This document shows, in pieces, positions 27,990 through 37,861 of a DNA stretch of 64,000 nucleotides. The notes beneath the pieces are model-generated. The model was not told the DNA's origin, made no database searches, and saw only the letters and a list, made by a program, of their open reading frames with translations. How positions within the stretch are numbered: position 1 is the first letter of the stretch; every line of letters begins with the position of its first letter. The position numbers and the translations under genes are program-made. Source of the DNA: an uncultured Clostridia bacterium (GTDB taxonomy: Bacteria > Bacillota > Clostridia > Christensenellales > UBA1242); the NCBI GenBank assembly GCA_930990515.1, contig CAKNPS010000001.1:295280-359279 (forward strand). Direction: 5' to 3'.

Positions 27990-29429
27990 TTAATTTCCAA
28001 AAATAACTTCGCCATTTAGCCAAGAACTAAAATATCCTTCCAAATTTCTGTGCGAAGAAGATGAAAACGAATTGATTAAATCTGCACCACTTGCATTTTT
28101 ATAGCGGAAATTTTCAAAATAATCTTTTAGACATTTAAAAAATTTGCTGTCACCTAGTGTTTTTCGTAAACTATCATACATCAAAACACCTTTTGTGTAA
28201 ACGCAGTTTACATATTCTGGTTCAGTTTCAAACTCGCCTAAATTTCTGTTCATACTCTCGTCAACATCGCCTAAAACATTGCTATAAACATCAACGAATA
28301 ACCTATATGTGCTATCTGCTCCTGCAATTATGTCGTCATAATTTAAACCATAATCGTGGCGTTCAAAGAAAAGTGCCGTGGAATATTCAGTCAAACTTTC
28401 GTCTAACCACGCTTCTTCATACTCATTGTTGCCAACTAACGAATACCACCACTGATGAGCAAGTTCGTGAACAATCACATAGCGATATGTTTCCGAGTCT
28501 GTTATCTCGTCAGAAATATAAACAAGGTTAGGATATTCCATTCCACCAAAACAAAAATTCGTTTTCACAACATTGACATTTTTATAGGGATAATCGCCAA
28601 AGGAGGAAGAAAATTCTTCAATAACTTCGCACGCAAGCGTAAGATATTCTTCGGCATTTTCGTCATCATAATAGTAATAGTTGACATTGACATCATTTAT
28701 TGTCTTTGAAATAACTACAAATTTAGTCGAAAGGACAAAGCAAAAATCTCTTAATTTCTCCCCTTTGATTTCTGTCGTGGTTTTAGAATTCTCATTTGTC
28801 GATCTTAAAACTTCTCCACTTGTGGCAAGTGTATAGTTTGATGGAAAAGTGATTTGAACATTATAGTTTGCTATGTCGCTATAAAAAGGGTCGCCATTTG
28901 ATGCAAAAGAGTTTTTAACAAAGCCATCATCATAAACACAAAGAATCGGATAAAAATTGCCAAAATTTACCGCATTATCGCCATAACCAAGACGATGATA
29001 GACATTTGCTAAATTGACAACATACGAAAGGTTTATCTCAATGTTTTCATTAGGAAAAAGTTCGTTAAATAATGTTACATTCAAAATTGCCTCATTTTCA
29101 ATATTAAATTCCGCATCCTTGTCACCTATCTTAACACTTTCAATCTCAATATCCCCAAATGAATCTCCATTTGGATAAGCCCTATCATAATAAGCATTTG
29201 AGACAGCAATCTCTTTAAAGGAGTTAGGATAAAGAAAAAAACAAATCTCATTCAAGGTGTTGTTAGAATTATTAACATAATTAACATTTTGCTCGCAAGT
29301 CAAAGTGTGTGAATTTTCGTCATATTCGCAGACAATATCATAACTTGAAAGTTGAACTTGACCACCACAGCCCACCAAGAAAAGTGGGAGTGCGAAAATA
29401 AAAACAAAAAGAAAGGCAAATTTTTTCAT
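27990..29429 (-). CDS. M1-family zinc metallopeptidase, lipoprotein
   Basis: Lipobox LFLVGC, HELAHQWW zinc motif and downstream WLDESLTEY glutamate. Confidence 0.85.
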   Translation of the reverse strand: MKKFAFLFVFIFALPLFLVGCGGQVQLSSYDIVCEYDENSHTLTCEQNVNYVNNSNNTLNEICFFLYPNSFKEIAVSNAYYDRAYPNGDSFGDIEIESVKIGDKDAEFNIENEAILNVTLFNELFPNENIEINLSYVVNLANVYHRLGYGDNAVNFGNFYPILCVYDDGFVKNSFASNGDPFYSDIANYNVQITFPSNYTLATSGEVLRSTNENSKTTTEIKGEKLRDFCFVLSTKFVVISKTINDVNVNYYYYDDENAEEYLTLACEVIEEFSSSFGDYPYKNVNVVKTNFCFGGMEYPNLVYISDEITDSETYRYVIVHELAHQWWYSLVGNNEYEEAWLDESLTEYSTALFFERHDYGLNYDDIIAGADSTYRLFVDVYSNVLGDVDESMNRNLGEFETEPEYVNCVYTKGVLMYDSLRKTLGDSKFFKCLKDYFENFRYKNASGADLINSFSSSSHRNLEGYFSSWLNGEVIFGN

Positions 29430-29558
29430 ACACTATTTTATTAGTTAAATCTACAAAACATTACTCAAAAACTTGTAAAAGAAAAAAAATTGTGCTACAA
29501 TTTACTTACTAGAATTTTTCTAAACTTTACTTTTGTTTTTTAATTAAAGGGGTAAAAA

Positions 29559-30998
29559 ATGGCTTTTTGTAAACTTTCAGTTGACGCAATCGCAAATAAC
29601 ACCACACAAGTTGACAATATTTTTATCAACAACTATCTCCCTTACGCAACAAACGAGTGTGTTAAGGTTTATTTATATGGCCTATATAAATGCCAAGATG
29701 CTTCAAGTCGTGATAACACTCTTGAAAATTTTGCAAACGAACTCAATATGTCACAAGAAGATGTGGAGAGTTGTTTCTATTATTGGCAAGAACAAGGGCT
29801 TGTGCAAATTTTGGAAGTCATTCCTTTTGAAGTGAGATATTTGCCAATTACCAATGTTTTAAATCACACAAAAAAATATAATGTGAAAAAATATGGCACA
29901 TTTAACATTCAAGCACAAGAAATTTTATCGGGCAGAATGATAACTCCAAAAGAATATGAAGAATACTACTATATCATTGAAGAATTACATATGGAAAAAG
30001 AAGCACTACTTATGATTATTAAGTATTGCGTAGATGCTAAAAAAAGCGACAATATTAACTATTCATACATCACAACTGTTGCGAAAGATTTTGCCAATCG
30101 TAAAATTTTGACGGCAAAACAAACGGAAGAATATCTTTGCAAACTTGAAGGACAAAATGAAGGTGTTGAAATGGTGTTCAAAACTCTTAAACTTAAACGC
30201 CTTCCAAACATTACAGAGCGAACAATCTATAAATCTTGGAAAGATGACCTAAAATTTGATGATAATGTCATTTTATATGTGGCAAAAAGTATGAAACGCC
30301 CAAGTTTTGAGTATCTGGACACACTTTTAAAGAAATATTACTCAATGAAACTTACAAAAGTTGAAGATATTGAAAATTATGAAAGTGAGAAGAAAACTTC
30401 CACGGAAATTGCCAAGAAAATCACGACAAATCTTGGTTTATATTACGAAAATCTTGAGCCTGTGGTGGACAATTATGTCTTTAAATGGTTCAATATGGGC
30501 TTTTCTATCTCAATGCTTGAACAAATTTCCAATTACTGTTTTAAAACAAATGTAAGAACTTTGGAAGGTATGGATAAAGTGCTTGCAAAATTCTACAAAC
30601 TCGGCATATTGAGTGAAGAAAGCCTGCAAGAATACTTTAATTCCGTTCTTTCAGTCGATAAAAAGATTAAAACAATTCTTGAAAATATCGGTTTGTCAAG
30701 AAATGTCAATCAATTTGATAGAGATAAATATAAAATCTGGACAGAAGTTTGGAATATGCCCGAAGATGTGATTGAATATGCCACAACTCTTGCAGTTGGC
30801 AAAGAACAGCCAATGCAATATCTTGTCGCCTTGCTTTCTTCTTTCCACGACAAGAACATAAAAACAGTGGAAGATGCCAAAAATTCTTCTCAAATTGTCA
30901 ACACAACCACTCACACCAAAAAGTTTAACAATGAACGTTCTTACACAAAAGAAGAAATGAATGCTCTTTTCCAATCTATCGAAGAAATTGAGATTTAA
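29559..30998 (+). CDS. Replication initiation and membrane attachment protein (Bacillus-type DnaB, DnaD-domain family)
   Basis: 479 aa with DnaD/DnaB_2-like repeats. Followed 13 nt later by a DnaI-like loader, the dnaB-dnaI arrangement of Bacillota. Confidence 0.7.
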   Translation: MAFCKLSVDAIANNTTQVDNIFINNYLPYATNECVKVYLYGLYKCQDASSRDNTLENFANELNMSQEDVESCFYYWQEQGLVQILEVIPFEVRYLPITNVLNHTKKYNVKKYGTFNIQAQEILSGRMITPKEYEEYYYIIEELHMEKEALLMIIKYCVDAKKSDNINYSYITTVAKDFANRKILTAKQTEEYLCKLEGQNEGVEMVFKTLKLKRLPNITERTIYKSWKDDLKFDDNVILYVAKSMKRPSFEYLDTLLKKYYSMKLTKVEDIENYESEKKTSTEIAKKITTNLGLYYENLEPVVDNYVFKWFNMGFSISMLEQISNYCFKTNVRTLEGMDKVLAKFYKLGILSEESLQEYFNSVLSVDKKIKTILENIGLSRNVNQFDRDKYKIWTEVWNMPEDVIEYATTLAVGKEQPMQYLVALLSSFHDKNIKTVEDAKNSSQIVNTTTHTKKFNNERSYTKEEMNALFQSIEEIEI

Positions 30999-31011
30999 TT
31001 AGGAGTAAGAT

Positions 31012-31902
31012 ATGAATAGAGAAGTTGTTGAAAAAGCAGAAAATATCATAAAAGAAAGAAAACAAAAAAGTGAAATACCTTATAATCTCCTGCTTGAAAA
31101 ATTTTCAAAAGACAAAAAATTTAGTGATTTAAGAAAAAAATATCAGCAAGAGATAATTGACAATGCCAAAAAAGAAGTTTATGGCGAAAAAACTGATAAA
31201 ACACTCCAAGAAAAACTCAAAAAAGAAATTGATGATTATTTCAAAAAATATGGGGCAAAAAACACAATTTCATACTCTTGTAAGAAATGCCAAGATAATG
31301 GCTATATCAACGGAAAAATGTGCGAATGTCTTAAAAAAGAAATTTCAAATATCCTTTTTGAAGAAAGCAATTTTGGAAAACTTGTAAACTTTTCTGATGC
31401 TGAAAAAGGTGCAAGTGGCAATTTAAAATCTCTTTATGAATTAATGAAAAAATGGTGTCATAGTGATTTCAAGAAAAACATAATTTTCTTGTCTGGTGAA
31501 GTTGGAACAGGAAAAACATATCTTACGCGTGCAATGGCAAATGAACTAATAGAGCAGGGAAAAATTGTTAAACTTGTCACCGCTTTTCAAATGAGCCGAG
31601 ATTTTAAGGAATATCGTTCAACTTACAACGAAACAATTTTGGATAAATATCTCTCCTGTGAGTTTTTGTTTATTGATGACCTTGGAACAGAAGTAATTTA
31701 CAAAAATTCCACCATTGAATTTTTATATCAAATTTTAAATGAAAGACAAATGAGAAAACTTTGCACAATAATAACATCCAATCTTGACCTTGCAGAAATA
31801 AGAGATAGATATGATGAACGCATATTTTCTCGCATCGCAAATCGCGAAACTTCCATAACAGTCAATCTAAAAAATGAAGATTTGAGATTAAAGAAACATT
31901 AA
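31012..31902 (+). CDS. dnaI: Primosomal helicase loader DnaI (AAA+)
   Basis: N-terminal Cys cluster CKKCQDNGYINGKMCEC, Walker A GEVGTGKTYL, Walker B FLFIDDLG. Confidence 0.8.
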   Translation: MNREVVEKAENIIKERKQKSEIPYNLLLEKFSKDKKFSDLRKKYQQEIIDNAKKEVYGEKTDKTLQEKLKKEIDDYFKKYGAKNTISYSCKKCQDNGYINGKMCECLKKEISNILFEESNFGKLVNFSDAEKGASGNLKSLYELMKKWCHSDFKKNIIFLSGEVGTGKTYLTRAMANELIEQGKIVKLVTAFQMSRDFKEYRSTYNETILDKYLSCEFLFIDDLGTEVIYKNSTIEFLYQILNERQMRKLCTIITSNLDLAEIRDRYDERIFSRIANRETSITVNLKNEDLRLKKH

Positions 31903-31982
31903 AATTTTAAAGATAGAAATAAATAGTTGTTGAAATTAAATTAATATTTTTATTCAGTAACATAAACACGGCGGAAAGAAAA

Positions 31983-32011
31983 AACTTTTAGCAATTTGCT
32001 AAAAGTTTTTT
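31983..32011 (+). terminator. Terminator after dnaI
   Basis: aacttttagca-att-tgctaaaagtt perfect 11-bp stem followed by tttt. Confidence 0.8.
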
Positions 32012-32063
32012 GTTGCCAAAGGTAACTGCAAATCTAAAAGATTTGCTCTTTTTTGTCTCCATA

Positions 32064-33059
32064 CTATAATTCTCTAGACTTACTTTTTTCTTTAACTTTT
32101 TCAATAAAACCATTTGGATCTATAACACACTTGTTTGTTTGAGCAGTTTCTATCAACAAATCTCTGAGTTCAAAAGCCGTCGACTTTGGATTTACTTGTT
32201 GTCCCAAACACAATACTCCTGTCGCATAAGGAATTCCCCAACTTAAACCGCCAACTCCATTATATGCATATGAAAAATTCTTATTATCATAACTTTCTGC
32301 AACTGTTCGAAGTGAATTTGGAACGTGAACATTTCCCACTTGTGCACGATACATAGGCCGATTTGGAAAACCATATTTAAATTCTTTTGAAAAATAATCA
32401 ATATAGCCTGCAGATGCAAATCTTTTACCTTCACTACATTCCACAACGCAAATTCCTTCATTTTCTGCATTGGCAACCGCTTGTTCCCATGCTTTTAAAT
32501 TTTTTTTAAATGGAGAATAAGCACCAGAATGCGCCGCTGAAACAGAAACAAATTTAATTTTATCTTTTTCGCTTAAACTTTTGTTTATTTCAATAATATC
32601 TTCAAGTGCTTGTGCTGGATAAAGACTATCCAAAAGCCAAGTTGGAACAGCATAATAATATACTTTCGCTTTAGGTGCGGTTCCAAGTTTTTCACCGACC
32701 AGCAAACTTGTAACAGCAGGACCATGCATGCTGCTAACGTCCATTTCATAATTTTCTGGAGCAAATATTTTATAACTTGCAATTTTACCTTTATATTCTG
32801 GGTGGTCAAGTGCAAGGGGCTGGTCAATTATTGCCACATTCACTCGTTCGCCAGTATACCCTTTCTTATGTAAATCATAAATACCAAGTGGCGGAATTTT
32901 TCCATATTCTAAAACTTTTTTTGGAAGTGTATCATCAGTCCAAATAGTTTTTCCATTAAAACTTAAAGTAACTAATGTTTCTAAATCTGGAGTTTCAAAA
33001 ACTTTTCCATGCACACTTTCATTCCATTTTATATCTCTAACATCTTCAAATTTTTCCAT
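32064..33059 (-). CDS. S8-like serine peptidase, divergent, no signal peptide
   Basis: Ordered triad candidates VNVAIIDQ (Asp), MHGPAVTSLL (His), GGLSWGIPYATG (Ser). Confidence 0.55.
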   Translation of the reverse strand: MEKFEDVRDIKWNESVHGKVFETPDLETLVTLSFNGKTIWTDDTLPKKVLEYGKIPPLGIYDLHKKGYTGERVNVAIIDQPLALDHPEYKGKIASYKIFAPENYEMDVSSMHGPAVTSLLVGEKLGTAPKAKVYYYAVPTWLLDSLYPAQALEDIIEINKSLSEKDKIKFVSVSAAHSGAYSPFKKNLKAWEQAVANAENEGICVVECSEGKRFASAGYIDYFSKEFKYGFPNRPMYRAQVGNVHVPNSLRTVAESYDNKNFSYAYNGVGGLSWGIPYATGVLCLGQQVNPKSTAFELRDLLIETAQTNKCVIDPNGFIEKVKEKSKSREL

Positions 33060-33105
33060 ATATCCCCCAAAATCATTTTAACATATTGAAGAAAAGATGT
33101 AAAGA

Positions 33106-33723
33106 CTACCTACTCAAAAACTTGATATAAATTTGACAAACTTTATCTTGAGTGGCTTTTTCAAAATCTTCGCCATGACCGCAATGCATAACAGAATAGT
33201 CTAGACCTTGAAGATATTTCAAACTCTTAACCATTTCTTCTTTATTTCCACCATAAAGGTCAGTTCTTCCAACTGCGCGCCCTAGAACTGTGTCGCCAAC
33301 ATATATTTCATCGTCAATTTTAAAGCACATATCACTTTTTGAATGTCCACCAAGTTGTTTATATTGCACTTTAAATTCACCAATTTTAATTTCCCCTTCA
33401 CCTGAAAGAAAAACAAAATTTGAAAAATCTTTAACTTCTAAATAACAACCTTCATAATCAGTTGAACAATTCTTTTTAGGGTCTTCTAAATATTTTTTAA
33501 TATACTTACTGGCATACACTTTCGCACCAAATTCTTTCATGTATTCTTCCACAAAATAGGAATGGTCAAAATGCCCATGAGTTAAAAGAATGCCAACAAC
33601 TTTTCTATTAGCAACAACTTTTTTAACATCTTCGACATTTGCTCCAGCATCAATAATCAAAATTTCATTATTCTTTTCCGCAACAAAAACATTGCTTTCA
33701 TAAAAATCACTGATAAGACGCAT
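33106..33723 (-). CDS. MBL-fold metallo-hydrolase
   Basis: THGHFDH motif plus downstream His/Asp ligands (GGHSKSD, HCGHG). Confidence 0.85.
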   Translation of the reverse strand: MRLISDFYESNVFVAEKNNEILIIDAGANVEDVKKVVANRKVVGILLTHGHFDHSYFVEEYMKEFGAKVYASKYIKKYLEDPKKNCSTDYEGCYLEVKDFSNFVFLSGEGEIKIGEFKVQYKQLGGHSKSDMCFKIDDEIYVGDTVLGRAVGRTDLYGGNKEEMVKSLKYLQGLDYSVMHCGHGEDFEKATQDKVCQIYIKFLSR

Positions 33724-33889
33724 AAAACACCTCTAGAAAAAATTTTACCCTTTTCTCATAAAAAAAGTCAAGTTTCTAACATACTCTCTAATAAATTTAT
33801 CTAAATTTAAAATAAAACAATAAAAAACAAGCATCAAATGAAATTTTGAAACTTGTTTCCAAAATAAGCAAAAGCGCAGTTTTTTCTCT

Positions 33890-33963
33890 TGGCAGGGGTG
33901 GAAGGAATCGAACCCTCCTCTGGAGTTTTGGAGACTCTCATTCTACCGATGAACTACACCCCT
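33890..33963 (-). tRNA. tRNA-Trp (anticodon CCA), CCA encoded
   Basis: Minus sense AGGGGTGTAGTTCATCGGTAGAATGAGAGTCTCCAAAACTCCAGAGGAGGGTTCGATTCCTTCCACCCCTGCCA. Anticodon loop CTCCAAA, T-loop TTCGATT. Confidence 0.9.
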
Positions 33964-33980
33964 AAATTAGTTACTTGATA

Positions 33981-34009
33981 ATTTTACTAATTTTTACCAT
34001 ATTTGTCAA
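33981..34009 (-). promoter_or_regulatory. tRNA-Trp promoter (TTGACA-17-TAAAAT)
   Basis: tgtcaa at 34004-34009 and atttta at 33981-33986 on the plus strand. The predicted start is about 10 nt before the tRNA 5' end. Confidence 0.6.
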
Positions 34010-34087
34010 CCTTTTTTGTTATTTTTATTATAATTACATTGAAATTTATTAGTTTCTTTGTTATAATTATACGCAAAGGAGAAACAA

Positions 34088-34771
34088 ATGAAGGCAATCG
34101 TGTTTGATTTTGATGGCACATTAACAAAAAATCGAAAAGGCAGTAATTGTTGGTATGAGATTTGGAAATATATTGATGATTTAGATTATGATAATTTTCT
34201 CTATACCAAGTTTAAAAACAAAGAAATTGATGATGCTACTTGGATGAAACTTATTATAAAAAGATATAAGGAAAAAGATGTTCAAAGAGAATATCTCCAC
34301 GAAATTTCAAAAAAATTGGAACTTCTTCCTGGAAGTTATGAAACTTTAGAAAAATTATATAAAAATGGCATAAAAATTTTTATTCTATCTGGTGGAGTCA
34401 AACAAATCATTGAAGATGTTTTAAAAAGAGAAAATGTGGGAAAATTTATAGCATCAATTGAAGGTTATGACCTTATTTTTGATAGTCTTGGAAAATTAAT
34501 TGATTATAAATCCCCTTCACTTCATAACCCAGAAAACAAAAATGAATATATTGAACTTATCAAAAAACAATATAATTTAAAAAATAATGAAATTTTGTTT
34601 GTTGGCAATGCTTCAAATGACGAAAAGGTTTATTTAAGTGGAGTAAAAACACTTTGTATTAATCCTGATGATGCGAATTTTTCAAATAAAATAATATGGA
34701 ATAATGCTATTGAAAAATGCGAAAATCTTTTAGAAATTTTATCTTTTTGTGAGTTAGGGAAAACAAAATAA
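34088..34771 (+). CDS. HAD-superfamily phosphatase (subfamily IB-like)
   Basis: Motif I VFDFDGTLT, motif III/IV region FVGNASNDE. Confidence 0.85.
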   Translation: MKAIVFDFDGTLTKNRKGSNCWYEIWKYIDDLDYDNFLYTKFKNKEIDDATWMKLIIKRYKEKDVQREYLHEISKKLELLPGSYETLEKLYKNGIKIFILSGGVKQIIEDVLKRENVGKFIASIEGYDLIFDSLGKLIDYKSPSLHNPENKNEYIELIKKQYNLKNNEILFVGNASNDEKVYLSGVKTLCINPDDANFSNKIIWNNAIEKCENLLEILSFCELGKTK

Positions 34772-34811
34772 TATGTTAATCTAATTTTTACGTAAATAAA
34801 AAACAAGGAGT

Positions 34812-35063
34812 TTATCTATCCTTGCTTTTTTCATCACTTGCTTTTTTATATTGACAACCAAGGTCTAACATACCGCGTGAAATGATTGGAGAAATGATAA
34901 GCCAAATTGCTGCAAGCATAATTAAAATGTAGATTATGATTGAGCCAGCATTTCTTCCCATACACATCCAATTAACAAGGTCAAAATTGAAGATGCCAAC
35001 AAGTCCCCAGTTAATTCCACCAATTATTGTCAAAATGTAAGCTATATAATTTACGACTACCAT
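34812..35063 (-). CDS. DUF378-family small membrane protein
   Basis: Start at ATG 35063 behind GGGGTGA. IIGGINWGLVGIFNFDLV signature. Confidence 0.8.
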   Translation of the reverse strand: MVVVNYIAYILTIIGGINWGLVGIFNFDLVNWMCMGRNAGSIIIYILIMLAAIWLIISPIISRGMLDLGCQYKKASDEKSKDR

Positions 35064-35140
35064 ATTTTCACCCCTAGTAAAAGTATCTGCAAAAATTTTC
35101 AAAATATACAAATAAAATATGGTAATAAAACAATAAAATA

Positions 35141-35163
35141 AAAGTAGGTTATATTCCTACTTT
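35141..35163 (-). terminator. Terminator closing the surface-protein transcript
   Basis: Minus sense AAAGTAGG-AATATAA-CCTACTTT followed by TATTTTATT. Confidence 0.7.
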
Positions 35164-35185
35164 TACCATTAAAAATTACATTTGT

Positions 35186-35374
35186 TTTTACCAATCATTG
35201 ATTGGATTTTTAATAATATTCTATTTTTACTTAAATGCCAATACCTAAAACCAACCCTTGCTAGAATCTAGAAAGTGCTACAAGCACCAATCCGTGATTG
35301 GTTATCCTAATAATTTTTACAAAACACTTAAATGCCAATACCTAAAACCAACCCTTGTTAGAATCTAGAGAGTG
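35186..35374. repeat. Two tandem units of about 97 bp, each a short palindrome plus a 49-nt conserved block
   Basis: Blocks 35229-35277 and 35326-35374 are 47/49 identical (acttaaatgccaatacctaaaaccaacccttgYtagaatctagaRagtg). Palindromes ccaatca-t-tgattgg (35191-35205) and accaatc-cgt-gattggt (35286-35302) sit about 38 nt before each block. Confidence 0.85.
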
Positions 35375-36931
35375 TCACAGACACCCAAATGTTGAAACAT
35401 TAGCAGTAAGTCTTACGCCTAATATTTTTTGCATAATTGTTTGAGTTGATGATCCTAAACTTGTGATGCATTCCGCAGTGTTTAAGTTAGAGCCTACATC
35501 TCTTGTCCAATACATTAAGTTATTTCCTAATATGTCAGATACTAAATCGGAAAACTCGGCACTTAAATCTCCAAAAACACTCTCAATTTCACTTTCATTT
35601 GATGCAATTATATCTACAGATAATGTTGTGTCAGCACTTGCTCCATTCACATTTCTGAAGTTCTTTATTGTGTATGACCTTGCTCCAGTATAATCTATAT
35701 TCATTTGAGTGTCACTTATAAAGTCTGATATGTTTGTTCTTAGTGTTGATGATGTATAGCCATCGCCTAAACTTAGTTTTGTGCTACTCCACGCACTTGC
35801 AAACACAATTTGTTCTGTAACTGCTAGATAATTCCCTTCTTCTGTTCCAAAACCTGAATAAAAATCCTTACTTTTTAAATCTAAAATCTCATCTTTACTT
35901 AATGAATTATTATAAATAAATACACTTCTTATTTTACCTTTAAAGTATTGCCCATAAGGTGTGGTCGCTGAATTATTTGGCTCTGCTCCAATAAATATTG
36001 AGGTTGATGTTGTTGTGCTTGGTGCATTTGAACCACTATTTGCATTATACACTAAACTTATAGTTCGCTGAGATATTGCATATAAATACATTGTTGATGT
36101 ACTTGTAGAAGAATAACTATTTCCTGGTGTATAACTCCTTGTTGTCGTAGTTGAAGTTGTCCCCCAACCATATAAACTCCAACCATTTGATGTGTAAGGA
36201 TTTGTAAGATTAGATTGATTATATGCAGTAAAAGATGTATTATAATATCTTGTTTGATTAACTGAAGCCGTATCTCCACTGGAATTTCTATAACGATATG
36301 TATTTGTATAAGTGTTTCTATAAAAAATACCGCAAATATAATTATTTTCTGGCGAAGAATCTCTTGAAAATAAATAAGAATAGTCACTCACTCTAATTTC
36401 CCAAGTTAATGACCTAGAAACTCTACTCCAAGAAATAGGTTCACTTTCGCTTGAATAAGCCCACCAACCAGCAAAAGTATAACCTGCCCCAACTGTTGCT
36501 GTGAATTTGATTGTATAAGTAGATTGAGTAGACACACGAGCTCTTGTGGTTGTTGAACTATCATTAAGTGTGATACCGTTTCCACCTATTCCTGAGCCTG
36601 TCACATTAACTGAACAACCAGAAATTTGTTCGTGATAAGGTCTTCCCCAAGTGCTGTCCCATGGAGGATTTGATGTATTTTCTGAATCATAATTACTTAA
36701 GTCTGGCTCGCGAGGAGATAAAATCGTTCCGCCAAGATAGATATAACAAAGGTATTGAGCACTTACATCATCTTCATCACTAGGAATTTCATTTTCCGAA
36801 TTGTCCAAATTCCCCCCCCCGTTTGTTTCGGAGTAGGAAGAATTGTTACAACCTGATAATAATAAACCACCAACAACTGATGTTAGTGTAATTAATAATA
36901 TGGAAAAAAATGAAATTAAAAATTTCTTCAT
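35375..36931 (-). CDS. Surface lipoprotein with Listeria-Bacteroides-type repeats and a LamG-like segment
   Basis: Start at MKKFLISFF..LLLSGC (lipobox). GYTFAGWW and NGWSLYGWG repeat motifs. FKGKIRSVFIYNNSLSKDEILDL resembles the LamG jelly-roll tail. TGA stop. Confidence 0.6.
   Translation of the reverse strand: MKKFLISFFSILLITLTSVVGGLLLSGCNNSSYSETNGGGNLDNSENEIPSDEDDVSAQYLCYIYLGGTILSPREPDLSNYDSENTSNPPWDSTWGRPYHEQISGCSVNVTGSGIGGNGITLNDSSTTTRARVSTQSTYTIKFTATVGAGYTFAGWWAYSSESEPISWSRVSRSLTWEIRVSDYSYLFSRDSSPENNYICGIFYRNTYTNTYRYRNSSGDTASVNQTRYYNTSFTAYNQSNLTNPYTSNGWSLYGWGTTSTTTTRSYTPGNSYSSTSTSTMYLYAISQRTISLVYNANSGSNAPSTTTSTSIFIGAEPNNSATTPYGQYFKGKIRSVFIYNNSLSKDEILDLKSKDFYSGFGTEEGNYLAVTEQIVFASAWSSTKLSLGDGYTSSTLRTNISDFISDTQMNIDYTGARSYTIKNFRNVNGASADTTLSVDIIASNESEIESVFGDLSAEFSDLVSDILGNNLMYWTRDVGSNLNTAECITSLGSSTQTIMQKILGVRLTANVSTFGCL
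36812..36820 (-). repeat. G9 homopolymer (coding sense) near the 5' end of the surface lipoprotein gene
   Basis: Plus strand t-ccccccccc-g. Encodes Gly38-Gly40 (AAC GGG GGG GGG AAT), ten codons after the lipobox Cys. Confidence 0.9.
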
Positions 36932-37012
36932 ATTAATATTATAATTTAATTTATAAAATATTACAAACAAATCAAGAGTTTTATATTACATTTTATAAGA
37001 AAAAATAATAAT

Positions 37013-37038
37013 TAAAATAAAAACAGGCAAAGCCTGTT
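37013..37038 (-). terminator. Terminator overlapping the era stop codon
   Basis: Minus sense TAACAGGC-TTT-GCCTGTT followed by TTTATTTT. Confidence 0.75.
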
Positions 37039-37861
37039 AAAAATATTTAGTTATATTTCTATTTCGCCAGTCTTCATCAACTTTGACAAAAGTGTGAAGA
37101 ACAACTTGTTTATTGAATAAATCTTCAGCATATTCTCGGGCTTTAATGCCAATTTCTTTTAAATTTTCGCCATTTTTGCCGATTATTATGCCTTTATGAT
37201 TTTCTCTTTCACAAATTAAAGCAATGTCCATTTTGACAAATTTGTTATCTTCTTTTAAATCTTCCACAACAACCGCAATTCCGTGTGGGATTTCATTATC
37301 AAATTTATCAAGAAGCATTCCCCTAATATACTCACACACTAAAAACTTTATGCTTTTGTCAGTGTATTCATCATTATCAAAAATTTGCTCTTGTTCTGGT
37401 AATTTTGAAATAATTTGTTTCAATAATTCTTTAGTGTTTTTATTTGTTCGAATTGAAACTTTTATATCACAAGGATAATCTGCAATTTCTTCTTTATCAA
37501 TTTTAGATTTAACAACAATCAAATTGTCAACCTTTTCTCTAAGTTTTTCAATATAGTCCTTTTCTTCAATATCAATTTCTTTTCCTGCATCAAAAAGGTA
37601 TAAAACAACATCAGCAGTCGAAATTGCGGAGCGCACATTTTTCATCATAAAGCGGTCAAGTTCGTTTTTGCTATGATGTATTCCCGGAGTGTCAATAAAA
37701 ACAATTTGATAGTCTTTTCCTGTGACTATTCCTAAAATGTTTGACCTTGTTGTTTGCTGACGCTTAGAAACGACTGCAACATCTTCTCCAACATAAAAAT
37801 TCACTAAACTACTTTTTCCAGCATTTGGACGACCTAAAACGGCAACATATCCACATTTCAT
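37037..37861 (-). CDS. era: GTPase Era
   Basis: G1 GRPNAGKSSLVN, G3 DTPG, C-terminal KH domain. 274 aa. Confidence 0.9.
   Translation of the reverse strand: MKCGYVAVLGRPNAGKSSLVNFYVGEDVAVVSKRQQTTRSNILGIVTGKDYQIVFIDTPGIHHSKNELDRFMMKNVRSAISTADVVLYLFDAGKEIDIEEKDYIEKLREKVDNLIVVKSKIDKEEIADYPCDIKVSIRTNKNTKELLKQIISKLPEQEQIFDNDEYTDKSIKFLVCEYIRGMLLDKFDNEIPHGIAVVVEDLKEDNKFVKMDIALICERENHKGIIIGKNGENLKEIGIKAREYAEDLFNKQVVLHTFVKVDEDWRNRNITKYF

Noticed and set aside
35186-35374. CRISPR array or DGR template/variable repeat pair
   Set aside because: There are only two copies, directly adjacent with no spacer periodicity. Both lie outside the coding region, the differences are not adenine-specific, and no cas or reverse-transcriptase gene is in the window.
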